Below the pieces are notes generated by a model. The model did no database searches and was not told the DNA's origin. It worked only from the letters and a program-made list of their open reading frames with translations. Below are positions 8,934 to 18,900 of a stretch of 64,000 nt of DNA, in pieces. A program made the position numbers and the translations under genes. The stretch is from positions 4,736,001 through 4,800,000 of the forward strand of contig OY761556.1 in the NCBI GenBank assembly GCA_963664705.1, read 5' to 3'. Positions within the stretch are counted from its first letter, which is position 1. Every line of letters begins with the position of its first letter. Origin of the DNA: Acidobacteriota bacterium. Lineage in GTDB: Bacteria > Acidobacteriota > UBA6911.

Positions 8934-10574
8934 TCACTGATCCGCACGCGCCCGTGCCAATACCTGCATGGAAGAACCCGCGGCCGCTTCATAATACTTA
9001 GAAAACCGCTGCGGTTCTTCCGCGTTGTAGCCCTTCAGGTTGACCGCCCAACGATAGCCGATCGGCTGGTAACACAGCTCCGCCTCAACCCTGAAAGGGC
9101 CTTGGGCTGTGCCCGGATCAATCGAATACCGGACCCGGTCGCCTCCACCCACAAAATCCGCATCCTCCATCGCCTGGCCGGAAACCGCGATTTCCTTGTC
9201 TGCGGTTTTTTTATCGAATCCACGCGGAAGCAGCCGGTTGTCCTTGGCATATCGAACCGCATGGAGCAAACCGGTGGTCACACCGCCGTTGCTGTTGGTC
9301 ATGATCGCCTCGTAGATTTGCACCTGGCCGGCGCTTCGGATTTCCGTGTAATGCGGTTCATATTTCGATGCATCTGAATCGTTGTCATTATCGGCAATAG
9401 CTCCGGTTTGATTCATCGCGCCCGATTCGAATACTATCCGATCGCGACTGTCCCTCACGGCAACATGCAGCCACACTCTGCGCGAAGGATAGGCCGTAGG
9501 AAGCTTGTGTCCGCCGAGGTTATCTATGGTCACATCAGCTTCCAGCCTTCCATTGCGTATCTCCGGTTTCCCAACCGAGATTTTCGCCGCCTCGGATTGC
9601 AGATGCTCCTTGGTTCGATTGATGCTGTTGGTAAATTCATCCGGATCAGCCTGGGCATTCAACTCATTGCGGTAACCGTTGAGAATCCCGCCAATAAAAA
9701 AGTTGCCGCCCAGAAAAACATGACGGGCAACACCGGTTCGAGGAACGCCTTGAATGCTGGTGATGGGAACGCTCTCCTGCACAACCGGCATATGGCAGGA
9801 CTGGCAACTGCGCGTCTGTCGATACTGACTGTGCTGCCACTCCTGATAGGGCACCTGTTCGGGGAACTCTCCGATCGCTTTGCCGCCGGGATCGAGCGGT
9901 TTTGTAATCAACGTGTGGCAGGTGGCGCACAGTTCGCTTTCGCGAATATGGGCTGATTCCGCGGGGACGAAGCCGCCCGTGGAGGTTCGCATCACCCGGA
10001 CATGCCCGGCATCGGGAATAAATGGGCCAAATACCTGTCGGTCTCCTTGTACCGTGGGACCTCCAATAACAAAATTGCCCACGTAGCTCTCGCGCATACC
10101 CAGGTTTTCCTTCCCGATCTGGTGACATAGTGCGCATGAGACTCCATCGGCAGCCAATTCGTCGTCGCGATTTCCAGGCTGAAACCCGAGATGAGCAAAG
10201 ACGGTACCTTCGTGTCCCAGGGATTTCGACTCAAAGCGCGACATCGGCATATGGCAGATCGAGCATTCATCCTCGATTCCGGCGCGCGATTCCGGGTGGT
10301 CTATGGTCTCGCGACGCACGCCTGCATGCCAGTAAGGATCCCGTGCCGCATTCGCCATCATGGTAGGCTGCCAGGCTAGCCCGATCGAAATGTCCTCGCC
10401 GGCAGGCGTTGACAGGCGGTTGTGACAGACTACGCACCTGTCCGATGTCTGGAAATGAGGTACCGCCCTCTTGACGGCAGACTGAAAACTCCAAACGGAC
10501 ATTGTCAGTCCGGTTATGGTCAGCGCCATTAGCACGAACAAACGAAAATTCCTGAGTGTCTTTTTACCAGCCAT
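8934..10574 (-). CDS. Pentahaem c-type cytochrome (c554/c552-like family), exported
   Basis: Five CxxCH motifs (CVVCH, CSICH, CALCH, CATCH, CQSCH); N-terminal hydrophobic segment; start 10574 with GGAGG RBS overlapping the upstream stop. Confidence 0.88.
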   Translation of the reverse strand: MAGKKTLRNFRLFVLMALTITGLTMSVWSFQSAVKRAVPHFQTSDRCVVCHNRLSTPAGEDISIGLAWQPTMMANAARDPYWHAGVRRETIDHPESRAGIEDECSICHMPMSRFESKSLGHEGTVFAHLGFQPGNRDDELAADGVSCALCHQIGKENLGMRESYVGNFVIGGPTVQGDRQVFGPFIPDAGHVRVMRTSTGGFVPAESAHIRESELCATCHTLITKPLDPGGKAIGEFPEQVPYQEWQHSQYRQTRSCQSCHMPVVQESVPITSIQGVPRTGVARHVFLGGNFFIGGILNGYRNELNAQADPDEFTNSINRTKEHLQSEAAKISVGKPEIRNGRLEADVTIDNLGGHKLPTAYPSRRVWLHVAVRDSRDRIVFESGAMNQTGAIADNDNDSDASKYEPHYTEIRSAGQVQIYEAIMTNSNGGVTTGLLHAVRYAKDNRLLPRGFDKKTADKEIAVSGQAMEDADFVGGGDRVRYSIDPGTAQGPFRVEAELCYQPIGYRWAVNLKGYNAEEPQRFSKYYEAAAGSSMQVLARARADQ

Positions 10575-11673
10575 TGCGCAGACCTCCATCGAACCAGTCC
10601 CACATCAGATAGAAGATAACCTGAGTTGGCCTGGGCCCAAAATCATTAACCGGAAGCTTCACGCCAATGCTTGCCCGAATGTGTTGGCGCCGGCTCAGCG
10701 TTACCTGAAACTGCGGCACGATGTCCCAGTTGGTTCGCTCTCCTGATGCGATCTCACGATCAGCCAGCAATTCAACCATTGGAGACCACAATCGTCCAAG
10801 TCCTTTATCAGGCGCAAAGCTCCTCCCGACAACAGTCCTCCAGTACACAGCTCGATTTGCCTTTTTCGTATCGACCGGAGACTCAATCCCGGTTTGAAAT
10901 TGCAGAAATGCACTCCCGGGCAGCACCTGACCGTAGCTGGCAAAACCTTCCAACACGTTAACTCCCTTGCCCATCCCCCGTTCTGCATTTCCCGTGGCAA
11001 AAATAGCTTCTCCGGACAGGCTTAATATGGATCCTGTGCGCAGGCTGCTCAACAATACGTGCTTGTAGCCGGCAACAATGTCTCCTATGCCGCTCTGCCA
11101 GTCGTTTCCGCCTGGCTTCTGAAACTGGAAAGGTACGACAACATCCAGTTGCCCACGAGGCCCCAAACGTCTCTCATACACAACCCTGCTGCCGATGGCT
11201 GCATCCCCTTCGGTATCAAAGGTCGCATCCAACACCATTTCATCCTCGGGAAATGCCTTTTCTGTCACCAGTGCCCGGGGAAAATTCAGGTCGCCGCGCG
11301 GCCATGCCGGCTCAGTGCAGAATTTTCGGACATATTCCATGACGCGTGTGATTTCGTCATCCGTCAGCAGTTCACGGAAGGATGGCATGATTTCCGAAAA
11401 CCCCCTGTCCCTTCCGCCGTTATGCAGAATGGCGTTCCAGAAAACATCCGGCTCGCGTGCCGTGGCTCTGCATGTTGTGAAATCCGGAAAGGTTGATGGC
11501 TTCTCAAAACCACGCAACCTGTCCTTGGTGCCTCGCCCGTCGGCAGCATGGCATGCTGTGCATGCGGACCGGTAGATATCCCGACCGCTGGCCTTCGCAT
11601 CGGCCTTGCTCAGTCTCTGAATGAATCCAGTCATCAGGAAAAAGCAAAATATTAAAAATGCGCAGCGTTTCAC
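10564..11673 (-). CDS. Monohaem cytochrome c fused to a putative outer-membrane beta-barrel
   Basis: Signal peptide, CTACH with distal MPSF Met ligand; C-terminal ~230 aa of amphipathic beta-strands ending FYLMWDWF. Confidence 0.75.
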   Translation of the reverse strand: MKRCAFLIFCFFLMTGFIQRLSKADAKASGRDIYRSACTACHAADGRGTKDRLRGFEKPSTFPDFTTCRATAREPDVFWNAILHNGGRDRGFSEIMPSFRELLTDDEITRVMEYVRKFCTEPAWPRGDLNFPRALVTEKAFPEDEMVLDATFDTEGDAAIGSRVVYERRLGPRGQLDVVVPFQFQKPGGNDWQSGIGDIVAGYKHVLLSSLRTGSILSLSGEAIFATGNAERGMGKGVNVLEGFASYGQVLPGSAFLQFQTGIESPVDTKKANRAVYWRTVVGRSFAPDKGLGRLWSPMVELLADREIASGERTNWDIVPQFQVTLSRRQHIRASIGVKLPVNDFGPRPTQVIFYLMWDWFDGGLRNGW

Positions 11674-12021
11674 GATTGAATTTCCTCCGGCGTTTTTTCA
11701 GATTTCAACCATCCACTTCTGCATCCCGAACAAACAGGTTCCAACAATCCACTGCCGGTACATGCTTCGAGCCGCAATTTTGAAAATGGTGAACAACGGA
11801 TGCAACCGCCAAATTCCACAAAGGGGGGCAGGAGTAAAGATTAGTAAATACCAACAACCATACCCAAAATCAAGACAACTCATTGGTTCCACAGCAAGTT
11901 GCGCGCGAACAAAACAGAATATTGCAGGACCGGCGCGAAGCCAAGGCGGATACCTTCCATGATGAAATATCCAGGGGCTGGAATTCACACGCTTCTCATA
12001 TAAAATTTATCTAGAGGGTGT

Positions 12022-13332
12022 ATGGATTATTTTGCCCAATCTGCCGCCGTAAGAAATGAACGATCCCTCGCTGCGTCCATTCTCGAACAGGCTCGGATCC
12101 TTTCCCTGCTATATGACATCGGTAAAGAGCTGACCTCCATACTCGATCGCGACACCCTGTTGCGAAGAATCGGTCAGCGCGTAAAGTCCCTCGTGGATTA
12201 CGATCTGTTCAATGTGATGATTCTCAATCCTGATACGAACAGGCTTGAACATGCCCTTTCGCTGAAATATGACGAAAGAGTCGACGTGCAGCAGACTCTT
12301 GCTCTCGGCGAGGGGCTTTGCGGCACAGCAGTGCTTGATAGAAAATCCATCCGCGTCAACGACGTATCAGCCGATCCACGCTATGTGTTGTGCGAGATTG
12401 GCATCGGAGTGAAATCTGAACTGGTCGTCCCGCTCATCGTTCAGGATCGCGTCCTCGGTGTAATGGACTTGGAGAATCTTGAACCTGATTCCTTCTCGGA
12501 AGCACACGAACAGATGCTTACGATGCTGGCATCCATCGTTGCAATTGCTTTGGAAAATGCCGGTCTCTACGAGGAGCTGCGTAGAGTTGAACAGCATAGG
12601 AAAGATGATTTAAGACGGGCTCGGGAGGTCCAGGAACTACTGCTGCCGAAGGATACGCCTCAGATTCAGGGACTGGACCTTGATGTAGTTTATCTTCCGG
12701 CCCAGGAATTGGGCGGCGATTTCTATGATTTTCTGCCCTATGGCGATGGCTGCCTGGCCATCGCGGTTGGCGATGTCTCCGGGAAAGGGCCGGCAGCTGC
12801 ACTGCTGGCTTCCCTTGGCATCGGCATATTGCGCGAACACGCCATGCACCAGCCCACAAGCCCGGCTGAATTGCTCCTGGATCTTAACGGCCACCTCCTT
12901 GTCCCCGGCGGAAGCGGGCAATTCATTGCAATGACCTTCGGCGTTTACAACCCGCGGACTCGGGAATTATCTCTCGCAAATGCCGGGTTCCCTCCGCCTC
13001 TGCTTATCAGCAACGGTCAGGTTCGAGTGCTGGAGCTGTTCGGAACACCGTTGGGTTTGCTTCCGGATTCCTCCTACGATCACATCCGCCTTCGCCTCGA
13101 GCCCGGAGACGCCGTGGTCTTTTGCTCGGACGGCTTGATAGAGCAGACAAATGCGGAGGAGGAGCAATATGGAACCGAGCGTCTGGTTTCAAAGCTCGTG
13201 GAATCGACTCATTGCATGACGGCCGGGCAACTCGCCGCCAGCATTGTAAACTCGGTCAACCGGCATGCCGGCGACAATCCAAACGCCGGCTACCGGGACG
13301 ACTGCACGATCGTCGTGCTGCGGGTTGTATAG
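12022..13332 (+). CDS. GAF-domain SpoIIE/RsbU-type PP2C phosphatase
   Basis: GAF domain; GGDFYD, GDVSGKG, NAG, SDGL, DDCT motifs. Confidence 0.92.
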   Translation: MDYFAQSAAVRNERSLAASILEQARILSLLYDIGKELTSILDRDTLLRRIGQRVKSLVDYDLFNVMILNPDTNRLEHALSLKYDERVDVQQTLALGEGLCGTAVLDRKSIRVNDVSADPRYVLCEIGIGVKSELVVPLIVQDRVLGVMDLENLEPDSFSEAHEQMLTMLASIVAIALENAGLYEELRRVEQHRKDDLRRAREVQELLLPKDTPQIQGLDLDVVYLPAQELGGDFYDFLPYGDGCLAIAVGDVSGKGPAAALLASLGIGILREHAMHQPTSPAELLLDLNGHLLVPGGSGQFIAMTFGVYNPRTRELSLANAGFPPPLLISNGQVRVLELFGTPLGLLPDSSYDHIRLRLEPGDAVVFCSDGLIEQTNAEEEQYGTERLVSKLVESTHCMTAGQLAASIVNSVNRHAGDNPNAGYRDDCTIVVLRVV

Positions 13333-13666
13333 AAAAACCGCCCCGGCTGTTTTCGGAAGAAGATATCGACGCCTCTCTGTTTGGAAGCCATTCCGCAAAG
13401 ATAAAATAGACGCAGTCTTTGACATCAACTAATTCGAATCCTATCACAATGAAACAGGAAGCAAGGATTCGCTGAGCCGCAATCAGCAATCCAATTGACG
13501 GCGATTAGGATAGGATGTCTGACAATTTGTGCCGGGAATAGCAATTCCGGCGAAATTCCCCCTTGGTTGTCAGGCAAAGCAATCCCTTCTACGGCCAGCA
13601 CCGGCAATGGGATGCCTTGGTATTTGTGATCTGTCTTCGTATTGATTATTGCCAAGGAGGTACGGG

Positions 13667-14059
13667 ATGAAAATAAAGCTACTGATGCTTGTTTGTGCGT
13701 TTACCCTGTTTGGAACAAGTCTCACATGGCCGCAGGATAAGTTTCTGCGCGTGGAAGTGCCGTTCCCATTTACCGTCGGAGAAAAAGAGCTTCCGGCCGG
13801 GCGATATGATTTTGCGCGTCAGGCCTTGAACAGTGCAATCCTGGTTACGAGCGTAACGGGCGGACCTTCCGCAAACTGCGTAATTAAAGCCAGGGTTTGG
13901 CAGGGAATCCACACAACCCCAAAAGACTCGCATCTGGTTTTCGATCAGGAAGGAGAAAAATATATTTTCTCCGAGCTGTGGATACCCGGATCCGACGGTT
14001 ATCTGTTCAACATTGCCGCCAAAGGAGAACGCAAGTACAAGATCATTTCCGTTCCCTAG
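13667..14059 (+). CDS. Small secreted Acidobacteria-type hypothetical protein
   Basis: AAGGAGG RBS, signal peptide, VEVPFPFTVGEKELPAGRY and LVF...YIFSELW. Confidence 0.75.
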   Translation: MKIKLLMLVCAFTLFGTSLTWPQDKFLRVEVPFPFTVGEKELPAGRYDFARQALNSAILVTSVTGGPSANCVIKARVWQGIHTTPKDSHLVFDQEGEKYIFSELWIPGSDGYLFNIAAKGERKYKIISVP

Positions 14060-14202
14060 CCTTGCATCATCGTTTCGAGCATTCCCTTCTTCCCGGGTCC
14101 CGCCGCTTATGGTGCTTCAACCATTAGCAGCCCCGGGACGCCATGGAAGCGGCCAGGATCTTGCCGGCGAGACGACCAATGCCATTTATTTGCAATTCCC
14201 GT

Positions 14203-14337
14203 TCTTTCGCCCTTCCGGCGCTTAGTAAAGATAGAACAAAGTTCCAGCGCCGGAGGCGCGAAAGATGGTAGTCAGGGGTGAGCGGAGCGAACCCCTGGTA
14301 GAATAGTGAAAAATGTGAGCCCTGAAGGGGCGAGAGA
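14203..14337. repeat. REP/BIME-like palindromic intergenic element
   Basis: TCTTTCGCCCTTCCGGCGCT / AGCGCCGGAGGCGCGAAAGA inverted pair; CAGGGGTGAGCG..CGAACCCCTG hairpin; AGCCCTGAAGGGGCG; same motifs recur at 20669-20869. Confidence 0.7.
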
Positions 14338-14450
14338 ACGGCAATTGCAAAAGAGTGAATGGCATTAGGCGAAACACAGGCGGTCCGGTGGGCACCTCCT
14401 ATCGCGACGGCCCGAGCCATGGCGTATGATTAGTCCTGGAGCAATCAGGA

Positions 14451-15875
14451 ATGCCTCAAACAGTTCTCATCGTCGATGACAATCTGGAGTTCAGTCTCGT
14501 TACCCAAACCCTTGTAGAGGTGGAGGGATTTACCGCCTGCCTGGCCGCAACCGGGGTTGAAGCCTTGAGTTGTTGCCGTGAACGCTCCGTTGATGTTGTG
14601 CTTCTTGACTGGATGCTGGGAAACGCCTCCGGTCTCCACGTGCTGCGCGAGATCGTCAGAACCTATCCTGACCTGCCGGTTATGGTGATCACCGGGCATG
14701 GATCGCTCGAATCGGCGGCAGAGGCTTTGCGCGAAGGGGCCTTTGACTATATTGGTAAACCATTCCCGGCATCAGATCTGATCAGCAGTATCCGCAGGGC
14801 GCTTGAATGGCGCTCGCAGCTGAAGGAGCACGTGGACGAGCCTCTGCCGAAATCCAGAGGCCTGACTGCAATCATTGGCAAGAGCCCTGCCATGATTGCG
14901 GTCTACAGGACGATTGCCAAAGTCGCCCCCACGGATTCAACGGTGCTGATTGCCGGGGAAAGCGGCACCGGAAAGGAACTGGTGGCACGCGCTCTTCACG
15001 ACAATTCCCGGCGAGCAAAACACCCTTTCATTGCAGTCAATTGCGGCGCCCTGTCCGAAACGCTTCTGGAATCCGAGCTGTTTGGCCATGCACGGGGCTC
15101 CTTTACAGGAGCCCAGGCGAGCCATCGCGGCATGTTTGAAAATGCAAATGGCGGCACTCTGTTCCTGGATGAGATTTCCGAAACCTCTTCTGCCTTTCAG
15201 GTAAAACTGCTTCGCGTGCTGCAGGAACGCGAAATCCGTCCGGTTGGATCAAGCGAAACACGCCGCATTGACGTTCGAGTTGTTGCGGCCACCAATCGGC
15301 GCATCCCCGATTTGCTCAGCTCCGGGATTATTCGAAGCGATCTGCTCTACCGTTTGAGCGTCATCAATATGGAGTTGCCTCCACTTCGTGAACGTCGCGA
15401 AGACATCCCGCTGCTGATCGATGCCTTCCTGCATCGAGCCAATACCCGCCTCGGCCGCAAGGTGGCGGCGACCGATGAAACAATTGCATGGCTGAGCTTA
15501 CTTGACTGGCCCGGCAATGTCAGAGAGCTGGAAAACGCGATAGAACGCGCGGTCACGCTCAATGCCGTGGGGCGCCTGTCCCCCGAAGATTTCGGTCCGC
15601 TGGGCCAGGCAACCGCTCGGCTCTCCGTTCAACAGGAACCAGCTATGGCCTTTGTCTCCGGGGACAGCTGGCTCTGCAAGCTGCCGCTGACTTTGGACGA
15701 AGTTGAACGGGAGCACATTCTGGCAACGCTCCGATATACCAAAGGCAACAAATTGAGAGCTGCAGACCTGCTTGGAATCGGGCGCTACTCGCTGTATCGC
15801 AAGGCCAGGCGCCTGGGGATTGATTTGGATGGACCGCATCTGCTGCCTTCAAGCTCAAAAGCCAACACCGGGTGA
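14451..15875 (+). CDS. NtrC-family sigma-54-dependent response regulator
   Basis: REC domain, GESGTGKE, GSFTGA loop, LFLDEI, WPGNVRELEN, Fis-type HTH. Confidence 0.95.
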   Translation: MPQTVLIVDDNLEFSLVTQTLVEVEGFTACLAATGVEALSCCRERSVDVVLLDWMLGNASGLHVLREIVRTYPDLPVMVITGHGSLESAAEALREGAFDYIGKPFPASDLISSIRRALEWRSQLKEHVDEPLPKSRGLTAIIGKSPAMIAVYRTIAKVAPTDSTVLIAGESGTGKELVARALHDNSRRAKHPFIAVNCGALSETLLESELFGHARGSFTGAQASHRGMFENANGGTLFLDEISETSSAFQVKLLRVLQEREIRPVGSSETRRIDVRVVAATNRRIPDLLSSGIIRSDLLYRLSVINMELPPLRERREDIPLLIDAFLHRANTRLGRKVAATDETIAWLSLLDWPGNVRELENAIERAVTLNAVGRLSPEDFGPLGQATARLSVQQEPAMAFVSGDSWLCKLPLTLDEVEREHILATLRYTKGNKLRAADLLGIGRYSLYRKARRLGIDLDGPHLLPSSSKANTG

Positions 15876-15881
15876 GAATGG

Positions 15882-16646
15882 ATGAGTTTCTCAATTCGTA
15901 AATGCGCCGGCATCCTCCTGGCAATCTGCGCGCTGGTCTTTTCGACGGATGTTCCAAGTGCTGTTGCGCCCTTGACTCAGAACAGTATCCATTGCCTGGT
16001 GCACGGACAAATTGCGATCATCAATCCGAAAATCAAACTTCGTAACGGAAAAGCTGACTGCAGCGGAATAGCGGTCTGGCTGGACCCACTGAAGGAAACG
16101 CCGAAGACGGAGCCTCCCCGTCTATCCAAAAGAACGCTGGAGCAACGGGGTAAACGCTTCATCCCGCATATCATGGTGATTCAGGTTGGAACAGAGGTCG
16201 ATTTCCCGAACCGGGATCCCTTTTTCCACAATGTCTTCTCGGTTTATGACGGCAAACCATTCGACCTGGGGCTTTATGCAAACGGGGAGTCCCGGCCGGT
16301 GCGTTTTAACCGCCCCGGCATTTCGCACATCTTCTGCAACATTCATCCGCAGATGAGCGCCGTTATTGTAGCCGTTCAGACCCCATACTTTGCTGTGAGT
16401 GCTCCTGATGGAAGCTATTCCATTGAGGACGTTCCCGCAGGAACCTATCGATTGCGCCTTTGGCACGAACGCAGCGATGAGCAACAGCTGGCGGCCGAAA
16501 GCCGCTTTGTAACAATCGAATCCGCGGTTGCCAACCTGGGCTTAAGTCGGCTGGATGAAGCCGGATACATACCTGCGGCGCATAAGGATAAGAATGGCCA
16601 GGATTATGCTGACGAGAGTCACCTGCCTGCCTATCGAAAGCCATGA
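15882..16646 (+). CDS. Exported cupredoxin-like protein with carboxypeptidase-regulatory-like domain
   Basis: Signal peptide; HNVFS ... CNIHPQM type-1 copper ligand set. Confidence 0.8.
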   Translation: MSFSIRKCAGILLAICALVFSTDVPSAVAPLTQNSIHCLVHGQIAIINPKIKLRNGKADCSGIAVWLDPLKETPKTEPPRLSKRTLEQRGKRFIPHIMVIQVGTEVDFPNRDPFFHNVFSVYDGKPFDLGLYANGESRPVRFNRPGISHIFCNIHPQMSAVIVAVQTPYFAVSAPDGSYSIEDVPAGTYRLRLWHERSDEQQLAAESRFVTIESAVANLGLSRLDEAGYIPAAHKDKNGQDYADESHLPAYRKP

Positions 16647-16692
16647 TTGCGTGCCTATGCAATAGCTGAGGCTCATCGCAAACCAGGATGAT

Positions 16693-18497
16693 ATGGCAGA
16701 TACCCTCTATGGCAGTAAATGGTCCCCTTCGCTCAGAGATAAGCTTTTCATGAGCTTCTCTATACTCTCCGTTCTTATCCTGATCGCTGCGGCATGGGTG
16801 ATCGCCACCCAGGTCGTAACCCAGGGGCGTCAGGAAGTGCGGGATGAGATGAAAGCATCGGTTCCCATATATAATGCCGTCTGGGAAGAGCAGGCGGGCC
16901 GACTCTCCGCACTGGGGATGGCTATGGCCGGCTCTCCGATCATCAAAACCATTCTGGGAAATCCGCGCGCCTCACGCGACAAAGGAACCGTGCGCCAGAT
17001 GCTGTCCGAGTTCGGGCAGCAATTATCAGAAAACGCCGACCTGATCATGATAAGCGATGGCGGCGGCAGTGTCACATTTGTGGAAAGCAACGATCCCGGC
17101 CTGCTGCAACTAAAAGAACTGCCCGATGCCCGAGCTGTTGCCGAGACGCAAAGGCCGGGCCAGTCCTTTTCAATCCTTGGAAACAAGCTGTTCCATCTGG
17201 TGTTAACACCCGTCCTTTCACATTCGCAGAATAGGGATTTCGACAATACGCTGGCGGTCCTGATTGCAGGCTCTGAGCTGAATCATGTCATGGCATCGGA
17301 ACTGCAAAAGAGAGCACACAGCGATGTTCTCTTTTTTTCCGGAGAACGTCTTTATGCCTCTTCTCTTCACCCGGCGATTGAAACAATCCTGGCCGGGACT
17401 CCTTCGCTTCGCGCCGTTGGCAGTCTTCCCCTGGATCAGCCGACAGACATAGAGATTGCCGGAGACAACCGACTCGCTTTTGTGCGGGCTCTGACCGGTT
17501 TTGACGGACATCCGGTCGGATATGTTGTTATCCTGCATGCTCTCGGCGGCGCCGGCAAGCTCCTGCACGCCGTTTCCACAAAGCTTGTGATCATTGGCAC
17601 CCTCAGTCTCATTCTTGTTTTAGCTATCAGCTATTTCATCGCCAGGCATATTACCCGACCCATCGAATCGCTTGCCGCCGGTGCTCGAGAGCTGGGGCGC
17701 GGCAATTATGATCATAAACTGGATCTCTCGACGGACGGAGAGGTGGGACAGCTTGCCTCAGCTTTGATCAGATGCGGCAGTCTATCAAAGAAGGCCAGAC
17801 GGTGCTGCTGAAGAGCGAACGCCTGGCGACCGTTGGACAAATGGCCAGCGGCATCATTCACGATCTTCGCAGCCCTCTCGCGGCCATTTCAAATGCGGCT
17901 GAACTGATTGCCAGGGAGGAATTATCCTCATCTCAGCGGCAGATCCTGGCCGAGAGCCAGTTGGGTGCTTCGAAGCGCATGGAGACAATGCTGGGAGAGA
18001 TCCTCGAATACTCGCGCGGCGATTATCGACTGACTCGTTCACGGCATCAGCTCATTTCTCTGATCGATTCAGCGCTCCAGGAATGTGTCAATCCCAGCCG
18101 CGCTCCACTGGTGACGGTAATATCGGAGATTTCGCCGGAGCTGTTTGTTCAGGTCGACTATGAGCGGGCGCGAAGGATTTTTGAAAATCTGCTGGGGAAT
18201 TCAGTTCAGGCCATGCCCCAGGGCGGAACGATCACCATCAAAGCCCAAAAAGCCGGAAACAGAGTGCAGATCCTCATTGCCGACACAGGATCAGGCATAC
18301 CGGCGCAGCTACGGAATAGGTTGTTTGAACCGTATGTAAGCCAGGGCAAACAGGGGGGTACAGGACTTGGACTGGCAATTGCTAGGAGTATTGCGGTAGC
18401 GCATGGCGGTTCACTCACGCTGGTTTCCTCCGATGACCAGCCGGCTGAGTTTTGCCTCGAGTTGCCACTCGAATCCGGTGAAGGCAATGGCAAGTAG
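16693..18497 (+). pseudogene. Membrane sensor histidine kinase (periplasmic domain-HAMP-HisKA-HATPase) split by a 1-nt frameshift
   Basis: ORFs 16693..17811 and 17772..18497; one extra T at 17763-17765 restores ...GQLASAFDQMRQSI...; HDLRSPL, DTGSGI and GTGLGL motifs intact. Confidence 0.85.
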
Positions 18498-18879
18498 CGT
18501 TCTTCTTGTTGAGGACGATCCCAATTTCAGCGCCGTACTCGCCCTGGCGCTGGAACTTCAGGGTTACCTTGTACACAAGGTTTCAGGCGGGAGCCAGGCG
18601 ATGGAGTTCCTGAGCCGGGCGCGGCCGGATATCATCGTCTCCGATCTGGAAATGCGCGGAATCGACGGACGCGCATTGTGCAAATATATCCGCCGAATTT
18701 CTGCGAATATTCCATTTGTAATCCTCTCGGCCTTTATAGATCCCAACAGTCCGGGCGATTTGGATGACCTGCCTGCGGACCGATGCCTGAGCAAGCAGGT
18801 CCCCGTGTCCGAGTTGGTTCAAATCGTCAGGGAATTGCTGAACGGTTCTAACGGAGAGCTTCCGCCAGAAGATAACTGA
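18487..18879 (+). CDS. Single-domain response regulator
   Basis: VLLVEDD, SDLEM, LSA, SKQV; start overlaps the kinase stop. Confidence 0.88.
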   Translation: MASSVLLVEDDPNFSAVLALALELQGYLVHKVSGGSQAMEFLSRARPDIIVSDLEMRGIDGRALCKYIRRISANIPFVILSAFIDPNSPGDLDDLPADRCLSKQVPVSELVQIVRELLNGSNGELPPEDN

Positions 18880-18900
18880 CGGCATGGAAGGAGTGGAGCT

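Noticed and set aside
17755-17780. Programmed -1 ribosomal frameshift in the kinase
   Set aside because: No X-XXY-YYZ slippery sequence; a simple 1-nt deletion explains it
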